A DNA stretch of 20,000 nt from an uncultured virus (IMG/VR IMGVR_UViG_3300020180_000002) (Duplodnaviria; Heunggongvirae; Uroviricota; Caudoviricetes): the IMG/VR virus record IMGVR_UViG_3300020180_000002; one strand, given 5' to 3'. A program made the position numbers and the translations under genes. Shown here piece by piece: positions 1-9,281 of this stretch. The stretch's first letter is position 1. Each line of letters starts with the position of its first letter. The notes under the pieces are model-generated. The model had not been told where the DNA came from. It saw nothing but the letters and a program-made list of their open reading frames with translations, and made no database searches.

Positions 1-146
1 AATGAATATACTTTGTAAAGAAATAGGTTGTCATTAAACTGTACCAAGTATCTTCGTACACACCTATGACCCCCTTTAATATATAAATATAGGGTGTGTG
101 TGTATATGCAACAGCTTATGATAGATTCATATGGGTGGATTAATTT

Positions 147-350
147 ATGAAAAATAACATACCTAATGGGTTCACTGAACTACTTAATTCATTTGATCCT
201 ACTAATTTAAATAAATTACCTGCAGCTGAATTAATTAAAGTATTCAGTCTACTTAAAGATTCTCAACAAGTATTGAGTGAACTATCTCAATATAGTAATT
301 TAAACGCACACATTTCCCCTATAATCAATAGATACAAAGAATGGAAGTAA
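147..350 (+). CDS. hypothetical protein (67 aa)
   Basis: ORF track; overlaps the next ORF; no recognisable motif. Confidence 0.5.
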   Translation: MKNNIPNGFTELLNSFDPTNLNKLPAAELIKVFSLLKDSQQVLSELSQYSNLNAHISPIINRYKEWK

Positions 351-544
351 TAATGCAAACAATACTATTAGCTTTAACTGGCAGCCTTCTAGGAGGTTTA
401 ACATTATCTTTAACTGTATACTTGCTATACCGTCATGAACAAGCTAAGTATAAACAAAAGATAGCTGATGCTTTAAAGCAGACTAAAGATATGTATTATG
501 AAAAGTTAACAGATAGAGCTAATTCATTAGGTAAAATGAATTGA
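341..544 (+). CDS. small membrane-anchored hypothetical protein
   Basis: N-terminal hydrophobic stretch (ILLALTGSLLGGLTLSLTVYLLY) followed by a basic helical tail; true start may be ATG 353. Confidence 0.55.
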   Translation: MEVIMQTILLALTGSLLGGLTLSLTVYLLYRHEQAKYKQKIADALKQTKDMYYEKLTDRANSLGKMN

Positions 545-659
545 CATTACTCACTGATAACTTTCAGTATCAATATTTAATATATGAAGATTATAGAAGA
601 ATAGTATTATATAAACTTCTTATTATGCCTAATACTTGGACTTATAATGTATAATTTAC

Positions 660-688
660 TTGACAGCTAAGCAAATAAAGTATATTCT
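660..688 (+). promoter_or_regulatory. sigma70-type promoter
   Basis: TTGACA (660-665), 17-nt spacer, TATTCT (683-688). Confidence 0.6.
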
Positions 689-694
689 ATAGAA

Positions 695-789
695 GAACGA
701 ACGTATCTTACCTTTCACTCAGTACTCACTAACTCCTTTCTTAGTTAGTGAGTGGACCCCGTTAGTTTTTACAGCTAACGGGGTTTTTT
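695..789 (+). ncRNA. candidate ~95-nt small RNA with anti-Shine-Dalgarno-like loop
   Basis: Lies between the promoter and a terminator with no ORF; perfect 11-bp stem 724-734/743-753 with loop CCUUUCUU. Confidence 0.5.
756..789 (+). terminator. Rho-independent terminator
   Basis: ACCCCGTTAG (756-765)/CTAACGGGGT (775-784) stem followed by T-tract. Confidence 0.85.
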
Positions 790-847
790 ATTATTAAGTA
801 TCATATGGATTTACCTTTTAAATTACTTATAGTTGAACATCTTAAAT

Positions 848-1009
848 AATACTAATTATTATAGTTAACAGTTAACAGTATACAGAATACTAATACTAAT
901 TATTATAGTTAACTGTTAGCTAGTATACAGTATACAGTATACAGAATACTAATACTAATTATTATAGTTAACTGTTAGCTAGTATACAGTATACAGTATA
1001 CAGAATACT
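848..1009. repeat. tandem repeat: two identical 59-bp units (892-950, 951-1009) plus a 44-bp variant (848-891), with internal AGTATAC heptamers
   Basis: Direct comparison of the units in the sequence. Confidence 0.9.
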
Positions 1010-1020
1010 AGCTAACAGAA

Positions 1021-1392
1021 CACAGCGAGACCTCATGGTCAAATCCCATTTGAGCAAATTATTACTGGTTAAACCGCTGATAGATACCTTGTATACTACT
1101 TGTAGCTAAGTCTTAACAACTAGGAAGCTAGGAAGTTCTATATTTGACCTTTGAGCTAGGCATTGAGAACCAAGACTCCGGACCTACTATGTCCTATATC
1201 TAAATATCTATTTTATGATCTAATAAGCTGTTCACTGACTAAGCGTGTCTCGTAAATGTTCAACCAATTTCAAATACTCAGTCAACTCTACACTTTGGCT
1301 ATCATCGCCGTTTTCTTTTACGTCTAAACTCCAATTGCGATATAAAAGACGTTTATTTCTAATACGATAAAACATATATGTTTAGCCGTATT
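1021..1392 (-). ncRNA. candidate structured non-coding RNA (~370 nt) with two long-range pseudoknots
   Basis: Several complementary segments; their A-C mismatches on + become G-U pairs on -; upstream minus-strand promoter; no ORF. Confidence 0.5.
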
Positions 1393-1398
1393 ACTAAT

Positions 1399-1427
1399 AT
1401 GTTACAATAGAACCTATTAATTGTCAA
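1399..1427 (-). promoter_or_regulatory. minus-strand sigma70-type promoter
   Basis: TTGACA (complement of 1422-1427), 17 nt, TAACAT (complement of 1399-1404); start site would be ~1392. Confidence 0.5.
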
Positions 1428-1434
1428 CTAGTAT

Positions 1435-1524
1435 TTATAATATATTGATTTAATTAGCCTTTAATAACATTATAATAACATTATAATATATTGATTTAAT
1501 TAGCCTTTAATAACATTATAATAA
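1435..1524. repeat. 44-bp AT-rich direct repeat x2 (1435-1478, 1481-1524)
   Basis: TTATAATATATTGATTTAATTAGCCTTTAATAACATTATAATAA occurs twice with period 46. Confidence 0.85.
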
Positions 1525-1722
1525 TTATAAATAAATAGTAAGAATTATAATAAGTATTATATAAAGAGTATTAGTTTAGGTTAGCACCTTCAACTTAAAA
1601 CACATATTTGAGTGATCATCCTACTAAGAACCTTTATATTAAAATAAGCTTATTCCACACACTACCATGGAGCAGCTTGCCCCTTTAGTTAACTTAATTG
1701 AAACCACCAAGGAGATAATTCA

Positions 1723-1968
1723 ATGTCTGAACAACCTGTTATTTATAACGAACAAGAACAAAAACAACTTCAACAACTAGATGCTCAAGTACAAGGATTT
1801 GCTAATTTTAAAAATGCTACCCTTCGTTCACTACACTCTGGCCAAGACGCTAAAATAGTTGCAGATTTAGTACAATTCTTACATGAAATTGGCTCACAAG
1901 CTGTTAAACAAGCTGAGACAATTAAAGCCGCTGCCGAAGCTAGAGCTAACGCTCCTAAAGCTGAATAA
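1723..1968 (+). CDS. hypothetical helical protein (81 aa)
   Basis: Strong SD AAGGAG upstream of ATG. Confidence 0.75.
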   Translation: MSEQPVIYNEQEQKQLQQLDAQVQGFANFKNATLRSLHSGQDAKIVADLVQFLHEIGSQAVKQAETIKAAAEARANAPKAE

Positions 1969-2013
1969 TAAATTCATTTTTCCCTCTGTTGTTAATAGAA
2001 AGAAAATAAACTT

Positions 2014-2259
2014 ATGGTATTTAAACCAAAACAAAAAGCAGCTAAACCGGAAACAATTAAAGAAGAAACTATTAAGTCTGATTCTCCTATCCATAAAGCT
2101 TTTTATATTGAAAAAGAAAACGGCTCATGGAATCTAGTAATAGCTGATATTCAAGACGATAAGATTATTAGTAAAAAAGTTAAAGTATGTGATAACAAAG
2201 CTTTGTCGTTAGAAAACTTTAAGATACGGTTTGCGGAAACTTATTACTTTGGTCAATAA
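2014..2259 (+). CDS. hypothetical protein (81 aa)
   Basis: ORF in operon context, stop adjacent to the next ATG. Confidence 0.7.
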   Translation: MVFKPKQKAAKPETIKEETIKSDSPIHKAFYIEKENGSWNLVIADIQDDKIISKKVKVCDNKALSLENFKIRFAETYYFGQ

Positions 2260-2260
2260 T

Positions 2261-2611
2261 ATGATTCATAAACTAAAAGAAATTGAATTAAAAAAACAAC
2301 TACTAAAAATAGGTAGATTCTTTCGTGTAGTAGATGAATCAGAACCTGTACTTTCTATTACTAATACTGCTGTACTTGTAGTGTTAGCTAAAGTAACATT
2401 CTCTGCAGAACCTAGTATTGCAGAAATGGGCGGTCTCTTGATAACATTAGCACTCTATTACGGTAAGAAAAGAATTAATAAAGATAAATCTAAATTAAGT
2501 GATGAAAATAAAAAAGCTATTGAAGACGTGACAGCCAAAGTTCAACAAATAGCTGATAAGACATCAGGACTTGCAGCTTCGATTGGTCTACGTAATCCAT
2601 TACAGAAATAA
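2261..2611 (+). CDS. membrane protein with two hydrophobic segments and a coiled-coil tail (possibly holin-like)
   Basis: ATG 2261 directly after the upstream stop is more likely than TTG 2231; hydrophobic segments LSITNTAVLVVLAKV and MGGLLITLALYY. Confidence 0.6.
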   Translation: MIHKLKEIELKKQLLKIGRFFRVVDESEPVLSITNTAVLVVLAKVTFSAEPSIAEMGGLLITLALYYGKKRINKDKSKLSDENKKAIEDVTAKVQQIADKTSGLAASIGLRNPLQK

Positions 2612-2614
2612 TAT

Positions 2615-2857
2615 ATGACCGAAGAAACTAAAAGTAAGATTGAAACTATACTCATTAGTAGCGTTAATCGTTTATATTCTAAAGAAGAATCAATCGGACT
2701 GGAATATGAAGATTTCAAGGTTTTAGAAATTATTTTTAAAATAGTTAAAGATCATTCAGATACCACCTCTCCTATTTCAACACAAGCCCCTTCTTCAACA
2801 GAAGACATTGTAGAATTATTAAAATCTGTAAGGGGATTTACCCCACGTGGAGAATAA
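2615..2857 (+). CDS. hypothetical protein, candidate terminase small subunit
   Basis: Directly upstream of and overlapping the terminase large subunit; function inferred from position only. Confidence 0.45.
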   Translation: MTEETKSKIETILISSVNRLYSKEESIGLEYEDFKVLEIIFKIVKDHSDTTSPISTQAPSSTEDIVELLKSVRGFTPRGE

Positions 2858-4328
2858 ACCTACTGTAGACCAGGCCGCCGCTGCTGAAAAACTATGGAGA
2901 CTAGGTTTAGTTTCATGGAAATTTCATAATGCCCAATTAGATATCTATCAGGCTATAAATAAATCCACTGCATCTACATTTGTTATAAATGTTGCCAGAC
3001 AGTCAGGAAAATCTTATATGCTTTCCGGGTATGCAATTGAATTTGCTTTACAACACCCCGGTGCTAAAATATGTTTTCTAGCTCCTACAGCAAAAGCAAT
3101 TAAAAAAATTGTTTTACCTCGTATAAAAGAAATTCTTTCCGATTGTCCAAGAGATCTTCTTCCATCATATAAAGTAAATGATCAAGTATATAAATTTAAA
3201 AATGGATCAGAAGTACACCTAGCCGGAACGGACGCAGAACGTGCAGAAAACCTCAGAGGACAAGTATTTCATTTAGTTATATGCGATGAAGCTGGGTTTA
3301 TGAATAAACTAGATTACGTTGTATCTAGTATTCTTAGGCCATTAACAGCCACTGTATCGGGAAAAATTATTCTTTCATCAACTCCTCCAGTTTCACCTTC
3401 TCATCCATTTAAAAAAATATTTGTAGAACAGGCCATCAAAACTGGAAATTATATTAAAAAAACAGTACATGATAATCCTTTAATTTCTGATAAAATTAAA
3501 CAACAATACATGCAAGAATCTGGTGGAGAAGACAGCGTAGCCTGGAGAAGAGAATATTTAGCTGAATTTATTATTGATGAAAATGAAGCAGTTATTCCAG
3601 AAGCTAATGAAAAGAAAGTTGAAAGTCTTATTAAAAAAGTTATACCTAACGGGCATAACATATCAGGTGAACATGAAATAATGGAACCTATGTTCTATGA
3701 TGCATATACGGTAGCTGACCTTGGATATACGGATAACACAGGTATTCTATTTGGATACTGGGATTTCAACCGTGCTACATTAGTTATACAAGATGAAGCT
3801 CTTTTTAACAAACCTAATACACAAACAATTTCTAATATAATTGTTCAAAAAGAAGGCGCCCTATGGGGCCAAAAAAAGCCATATCTTAGGTTTTGTGATG
3901 GAGACCCAATTACTATTAGTGATTTAAATTCAGCCCATCAATTGGCTTTTAGTCAAACTCGTAATGATGAATTAGAAGCTTCAGTTAACTCTGTACGTCT
4001 TTTTATACAAGATAATAAAATTAATATAGATCCAAGGTGTACAAATCTAATTCTTCAATTAAAATCAGCCATCTGGGATAGCAGTCGTAGAAAATTCGCT
4101 AGATCAGGAGATCATGGTCATTTTGACTTAATTGCTGCATTGATATACATGGTTCGTAATATCCGTAGAGCACGCAACCCTAACCCAACTGGATACGGAA
4201 CTAGTATTGATAATATGTACCTTCCTCCTGATAATTTTGTTGCAAAAGATAATAGTAACTTACAAAAATTAGTATCAGAGCCAATGAAAAAATATTTCCC
4301 AGGACATTCAGGAAATGATAAGGGTTAA
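2847..4328 (+). CDS. terL: terminase large subunit
   Basis: Walker A VARQSGKS, Walker B LVICDEAG, motif III SSTP, RNase H-like nuclease acidic residues (VADLGYTD, HFDLIAAL); GTG start. Confidence 0.95.
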   Translation: MENKPTVDQAAAAEKLWRLGLVSWKFHNAQLDIYQAINKSTASTFVINVARQSGKSYMLSGYAIEFALQHPGAKICFLAPTAKAIKKIVLPRIKEILSDCPRDLLPSYKVNDQVYKFKNGSEVHLAGTDAERAENLRGQVFHLVICDEAGFMNKLDYVVSSILRPLTATVSGKIILSSTPPVSPSHPFKKIFVEQAIKTGNYIKKTVHDNPLISDKIKQQYMQESGGEDSVAWRREYLAEFIIDENEAVIPEANEKKVESLIKKVIPNGHNISGEHEIMEPMFYDAYTVADLGYTDNTGILFGYWDFNRATLVIQDEALFNKPNTQTISNIIVQKEGALWGQKKPYLRFCDGDPITISDLNSAHQLAFSQTRNDELEASVNSVRLFIQDNKINIDPRCTNLILQLKSAIWDSSRRKFARSGDHGHFDLIAALIYMVRNIRRARNPNPTGYGTSIDNMYLPPDNFVAKDNSNLQKLVSEPMKKYFPGHSGNDKG

Positions 4329-4369
4329 TAAGTAAATTATACCAGTTTTAATCTATAAAGGACGTTTAA

Positions 4370-6379
4370 ATGTCAAATAATTATAATGAATATTTCGCCT
4401 CCCTCCCAGGGCCAGAAATTGCAGCTGAATTAGAAAAACGTCATGACACGTGGTATAACAACATTGGCGCCAGTGGTGTTTATCGTAAGATGCGTAAATC
4501 TTATGCAGCTTATTATGGATACAATACAACAGGCGCTGGACACACTGCATCTGAACAAGTAAAAGCCGGAGAACAAGGCGAACTTACTCTTATAAAAGCT
4601 AATCATTTTCGTAACTTAATTCAACATCTTCTTGTTATGACAACTTCTAGCCGTCCATCTATGGATGCACGTGCTATTAATACTGATTATAGATCTATAG
4701 CTCAAACTGTTCTTGCAAATGGAATTCTCGATTATTACATGAGAGAAAAACGTCTAGAACGTTATTTGAAACAAGCTACTGAATATGCCCTAGTATTTGG
4801 AGAAGGGTATATTCGTTTAGAATGGGATACATCTGAAGGTGATGAATATACAGTGGATCCAGAATCTAATAAAATTACATATACTGGTGATATAAAATAT
4901 ACTATTTTAAATCCACTAGATGTAATTAAAGATGTATTTAAAACAGATGACAATGATAACCAATGGTTGATTGTACGTCATTATAAAAATAGATTCGAAT
5001 TGGCCGCTAAATACCCTGAACTTAAAGATGAAATATTAGCCGCTAAAACAAAAGATGAACTAGATATTAATTTTAATTCTAGATTTATCGTAAGTGGTGA
5101 TTTTCGTTCAGATTTAATCCCTGTATATGAATTTTACCATGAAAAGTCAGATGCCCTACCAAATGGACGTCAAGTTGTTTATGTAAATAAAGAAACGATT
5201 CTTTTTGATGGACCCCTTCCATATAAGCATATCCCTGTGTACAGAATCGCCCCAGGTGAGTACATGGGCACCCCAAATGGATATACTGTCGCTTTTGACC
5301 TAATTGCTCTACAAGAGACATTAGACGGCCTTTATTCGGTAGTGGTAACAAATCAATCTACCTTCGGTGTTCAAAATCTACTTTTACCCCAAGGTCATAA
5401 TATTTCATATAGTTCATTACCAGGCGGCCTTAATGTTATTGAATATGACGCTTCGGTTGGTAAACCAGAGGCCCTTAATTTAACAAAAACTCCACCTGAA
5501 ATCTTTAGTTTTATTGATAAAATTGAATCAGTAATGGAAACTATATCCGGCGTTAACTCTGTATCTAGAGGTAACCCAGAAGCTAATTTACGATCAGGTA
5601 ATGCACTTGCTCTTATTCAATCAATGGCGATCCAATTTAACTCTGGATTACAACAGTCATATGCTCAACTTCTTGAAGATGTGGGCACCGCCACTCTTAC
5701 CACATTAAGAGACTTTGCTGCTACCCCTAGAGTTGCAATGATTGTAGGTAAAAATAATAGATCGTTTATGAAAGAATTTACTGGCAATGATCTTGATAAG
5801 ATCAATCGAGTAGTTGTAGATATGGGTAACCCTTTATCTCGTACAACAGCTGGTAAATTAGAAATGGCCAGTAATCTTTTACAACAAGGCATTATTAAAA
5901 ATGCACAAGATTATATCATGGTAATGAAAACTGGTAATCTTGATATGATGTTAGAAGGCGACGTAAGTGAACTTTCTAATATTAAATCTGAAAATGAAAG
6001 ATTATCAGAAGGTAAACAAGTTATTGTAATTGTAACTGATGAACATGTTACTCATATTAAAGAACATAAATCAGTAATTGCTTCTCCAGATGCAAGAGAA
6101 AATCCAGAAGTAGTTAAAGCTGTATTAGATCATATTCAACAACATATTGAGCAACTAAAAACTGCAGACCCTAACCTTTTAAATATACTAGGTCAGCCTT
6201 CATTAGCCCAACCTCAAGGTGCACCTATGCCTGAAGGCGCTCCAGCTCCCGGAGGTCCCTCATCAGGTGCTGCCCCTATGGACCCTAATAATGCAGCCCC
6301 CCAAGAACCTGGAATGCCAGGATTACCAAAAGATCCTATTACTAATCAACCGCCTAATATACCAGGAGTAAACTCTTAA
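4370..6379 (+). CDS. portal protein
   Basis: 669 aa directly after terL, SD AAGGA; portal-like segments (YALVFGEGYIRLEWD, METISGVNSVSRG); Pro-rich C-terminal tail. Confidence 0.88.
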   Translation: MSNNYNEYFASLPGPEIAAELEKRHDTWYNNIGASGVYRKMRKSYAAYYGYNTTGAGHTASEQVKAGEQGELTLIKANHFRNLIQHLLVMTTSSRPSMDARAINTDYRSIAQTVLANGILDYYMREKRLERYLKQATEYALVFGEGYIRLEWDTSEGDEYTVDPESNKITYTGDIKYTILNPLDVIKDVFKTDDNDNQWLIVRHYKNRFELAAKYPELKDEILAAKTKDELDINFNSRFIVSGDFRSDLIPVYEFYHEKSDALPNGRQVVYVNKETILFDGPLPYKHIPVYRIAPGEYMGTPNGYTVAFDLIALQETLDGLYSVVVTNQSTFGVQNLLLPQGHNISYSSLPGGLNVIEYDASVGKPEALNLTKTPPEIFSFIDKIESVMETISGVNSVSRGNPEANLRSGNALALIQSMAIQFNSGLQQSYAQLLEDVGTATLTTLRDFAATPRVAMIVGKNNRSFMKEFTGNDLDKINRVVVDMGNPLSRTTAGKLEMASNLLQQGIIKNAQDYIMVMKTGNLDMMLEGDVSELSNIKSENERLSEGKQVIVIVTDEHVTHIKEHKSVIASPDARENPEVVKAVLDHIQQHIEQLKTADPNLLNILGQPSLAQPQGAPMPEGAPAPGGPSSGAAPMDPNNAAPQEPGMPGLPKDPITNQPPNIPGVNS

Positions 6380-6447
6380 TAGTTGTTACCAAATATAATA
6401 TTTAGTAATAATTTAAACTTTAACGGATTATAAAAAAGTAAAAATAT

Positions 6448-6801
6448 ATGTCTTTTGAATCTAAACCTACAGAAATATTACTAGCTTCTGATGTTAATAA
6501 CATGGGAAGTACAGTATTTTGTTTACCAGGTAATATTACAAATGTATCTGGTTATTGTATACAAGCTATTTGGTCCGATGGAAGTCCGGTAGGGATCATG
6601 TCATTACAAGCATGTATTGATAGTACTAGTGATAATTGGTCAGATATTCCTAATAGTAGTTTACCAGTTCCAACTGTAGCAGGTGAAACTAATAATATTT
6701 TTAATGTAAGTAAACATGCTTACTATAATTTTGTAAGATTAAAGTATACCAGAACCAGTGGAAATGGTATTTTAGTAGTTTACATGGTATCAAAGAGTTA
6801 A
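6448..6801 (+). CDS. hypothetical beta-rich virion-associated protein
   Basis: ORF in structural cluster; beta-strand-like pattern (YNFVRLKYTRTSGNG). Confidence 0.6.
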   Translation: MSFESKPTEILLASDVNNMGSTVFCLPGNITNVSGYCIQAIWSDGSPVGIMSLQACIDSTSDNWSDIPNSSLPVPTVAGETNNIFNVSKHAYYNFVRLKYTRTSGNGILVVYMVSKS

Positions 6802-6802
6802 T

Positions 6803-7165
6803 ATGGCATATATTGATATTAATGATACAACCGGCGCTGGCGGGGGAGATGCAACCGCTGCTAATCAACTAGTTGAAATAGCTTTACTTACTAGTATAAA
6901 TAGTAAAGACCCCCCCCTTGGGCAAGCGACAATGGCTAATTCTAAGCCAGTTGTTATTGCTTCAGATCAGTCACCCATTGATATAAAAGTAATTGGAAGT
7001 TTAGTTCCAGAACATTATGATAAAATTGATTTAAGTTATATTGTCTCTGGATTTGGTATAGGTCAAATTGGAGTTGTAGTTTATAAATTATCAGCTACAA
7101 CTATTGCAACTCTTACCTTAACATATAATGCAAGCAGTCAAGTAATAAGTATTGTGAGATCATAA
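6803..7165 (+). CDS. hypothetical virion/tail-associated protein
   Basis: Tightly coupled ORF; Gly/Ala/Thr-rich. Confidence 0.6.
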   Translation: MAYIDINDTTGAGGGDATAANQLVEIALLTSINSKDPPLGQATMANSKPVVIASDQSPIDIKVIGSLVPEHYDKIDLSYIVSGFGIGQIGVVVYKLSATTIATLTLTYNASSQVISIVRS

Positions 7166-7365
7166 TGGCAGCTACTCCACAAATAGTTTTTAATCCATTC
7201 ACTGGAACCTTTGATTATATAGGATCAAATACAGATGGATTTAGTTGGTATAATATACCAGTTGGAGGTACAGTAACTATTGATAATAATAGAGAAATGG
7301 TTACAACTTCGCCTCAAACAGTTTTAGGTACTTTAACTATATTAGGTAGGAATACGGTGCTTTAA
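7165..7365 (+). CDS. small hypothetical virion protein
   Basis: TAATG translational coupling at both ends. Confidence 0.65.
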   Translation: MAATPQIVFNPFTGTFDYIGSNTDGFSWYNIPVGGTVTIDNNREMVTTSPQTVLGTLTILGRNTVL

Positions 7366-8921
7366 TGAGTGAAATTAGATTAAAAGAAGATACAGCACCA
7401 GGTACGCCTCCTGCCGGATTAGTTTCAATTTATGTTAAAACAGACGGTAAACTTTATATTAAAGATGACGCTGGAGTTGAAACTCCGGTAGGTTCTGTAG
7501 AATCAGTAAATGGTTATACAGGTATAGTTGTACTTACTAAAGCTGACATTGGGCTCGGAAATGCAGACAATACTTCTGATGTAAACAAACCAGTATCTAC
7601 TGCACAGGCTGCTGCAGATTCAGCAGTACAGGCATTTTCAATCCAACGAGCTAATCATACAGGTACTCAATTAGCTTCAACAATTTCAGACTTTAATACA
7701 ACAGCAAGAGGACTTCTTTCAGGAACGGCTCCAGTTAATTATAATTCAGGTTCTGGCGCTATATCAATTCCTAAAGCCGATAGCGTAACTGATGGATATT
7801 TAAGTGCCGCAGACTTTGTTATTTTTAGTAGTTCAGCTGGTGGAGATGTAGCTGGACCAGTCAGTTCAACAGATAACGCTATTGCTAGATTCGATTTAAC
7901 AACTGGTAAATTAATACAAAATTCTGTAGTAACTGTCGATGACACTGGAATATTAGCAGGTGCTAGTATTTCTGCTTCTAGTAATACTTTAACTAATATA
8001 GCTAATACTTCAATATCAGCTTCAGCAGCTATTGACTATTCTAAACTTTCATTATCAGCTTCAATTGTTAATGCCGATATTAATGCTTCAGCAGCTATTG
8101 CTTACAGTAAGTTAGCTTTATCTAACTCAATTGTTAATGCAGACATTAATGCATCAGCCGCAATTGCTTATAGTAAGTTAAATCTATCAGCATCTATTGT
8201 TAATGCAGACATTAATGCATCAGCAGCTATTGCTTATAGTAAGTTAAATCTATCAGCATCTATTGTTAATGCTGATGTTAGTGCTTCAGCAGCTATTGAC
8301 TATTCTAAACTTTCATTATCAGCTTCAATTGTTAATGCCGATATTAATGCTTCAGCAGCTATTGCAGGAAGTAAAATTAATCCAGATTTTGGTGCTCAGA
8401 ATATAGTTACAACAGGTTCAGGTACATTTAGCGGAACATTTGATTTAGCTCAAATAGCCACTCCTTCTAATCCCACTGCAAGTCGAAATAGAATTTACCC
8501 TAAATCAGACGGTAATTTCTATAAACTAAACTCTTCTGGAACAGAAGTAAATATAGCAACCGGACTACGTACTATAGGATTAACTATTGACGGAGGCGGA
8601 TCTGCTATTACTACAGGAGTTAAAGGCTACATAGAGGTTCCTTATACGGGAACTATTACGGGCTGGACTATTTTAGGCGATGTATCAGGATCTATGGTAG
8701 TTGATGTATGGAAAGATACTTATGCTAACTATCCTCCTACTGTAGCAGATACTATTGCAGGAACTGAAAAACCTACAATCAGTGCAGCTTTAACAGGACA
8801 AGACTTAAGTCTATCAACCTGGACTACATCGGTTACCGCAGGAGACATCATTGGCTTTAATGTAGACAGCTGCAGTACTATAACAAGAGCAACTCTAGTA
8901 ATAAGGATATTACCATCGTAA
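7365..8921 (+). CDS. tail fibre-like protein with five 22-aa repeats
   Basis: Fibre-type segments (SVNGYTGIVVLTKADIGLGNADNTSD, RANHTGTQLASTISDF, GPVSSTDNAIARFD) and repeats ASAAIxYSKLxLSASIVNADI. Confidence 0.75.
   Translation: MSEIRLKEDTAPGTPPAGLVSIYVKTDGKLYIKDDAGVETPVGSVESVNGYTGIVVLTKADIGLGNADNTSDVNKPVSTAQAAADSAVQAFSIQRANHTGTQLASTISDFNTTARGLLSGTAPVNYNSGSGAISIPKADSVTDGYLSAADFVIFSSSAGGDVAGPVSSTDNAIARFDLTTGKLIQNSVVTVDDTGILAGASISASSNTLTNIANTSISASAAIDYSKLSLSASIVNADINASAAIAYSKLALSNSIVNADINASAAIAYSKLNLSASIVNADINASAAIAYSKLNLSASIVNADVSASAAIDYSKLSLSASIVNADINASAAIAGSKINPDFGAQNIVTTGSGTFSGTFDLAQIATPSNPTASRNRIYPKSDGNFYKLNSSGTEVNIATGLRTIGLTIDGGGSAITTGVKGYIEVPYTGTITGWTILGDVSGSMVVDVWKDTYANYPPTVADTIAGTEKPTISAALTGQDLSLSTWTTSVTAGDIIGFNVDSCSTITRATLVIRILPS
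8019..8364 (+). repeat. five 66-bp coding tandem repeats (22 aa)
   Basis: Units start at 8019, 8085, 8151, 8217, 8283; units 1 and 5 are identical in nucleotide sequence. Confidence 0.9.
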
Positions 8922-9277
8922 TGATTATAATATTTGAAAATCAAGAATACGTTGCATGTGACACACTGTCCTCTAAAGATTTTACAGGCAGGGATCTCAC
9001 ATTAAGTAATCTAATTACAGACATAACTATTTACGGAACATGCTTTTCTCAAGAGAAACCAGATTCAATAGTTTTTCCTGAAGGATCTAGTAATATTACC
9101 TTCATTAACTGTAACCTAGATAACTGCATACTGCCTGCTAATAGTATCATTTTAGGTAGACAGCCAATTAGATTTAAAGTGCAGGAAGATGGCCTTGATT
9201 GGGAAATCGATATAAATAATAATCCAATAAGATGTTTATTTAATGTAATTCCAGCCGTAATAGAACAGGAGAATTAA
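8921..9277 (+). CDS. hypothetical protein with short beta-solenoid-like motifs
   Basis: TAATG coupling; KDFTGRDLT, NITFINCNLDN motifs. Confidence 0.6.
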   Translation: MIIIFENQEYVACDTLSSKDFTGRDLTLSNLITDITIYGTCFSQEKPDSIVFPEGSSNITFINCNLDNCILPANSIILGRQPIRFKVQEDGLDWEIDINNNPIRCLFNVIPAVIEQEN

Positions 9278-9281
9278 TAAC

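Noticed and set aside
541..570. Promoter at TTGACA 541-546
   Set aside because: No convincing -10 box at 16-18 nt spacing; overlaps a stop codon.
848..1009. CRISPR array
   Set aside because: Units are contiguous identical repeats with no unique spacers; no cas genes in the window.
1088..1100. Template relationship between the ncRNA candidate (TAGTATACA) and the AGTATAC repeats
   Set aside because: Only a 9-nt match around a palindrome in AT-rich DNA and no reverse transcriptase in view; too weak to claim.
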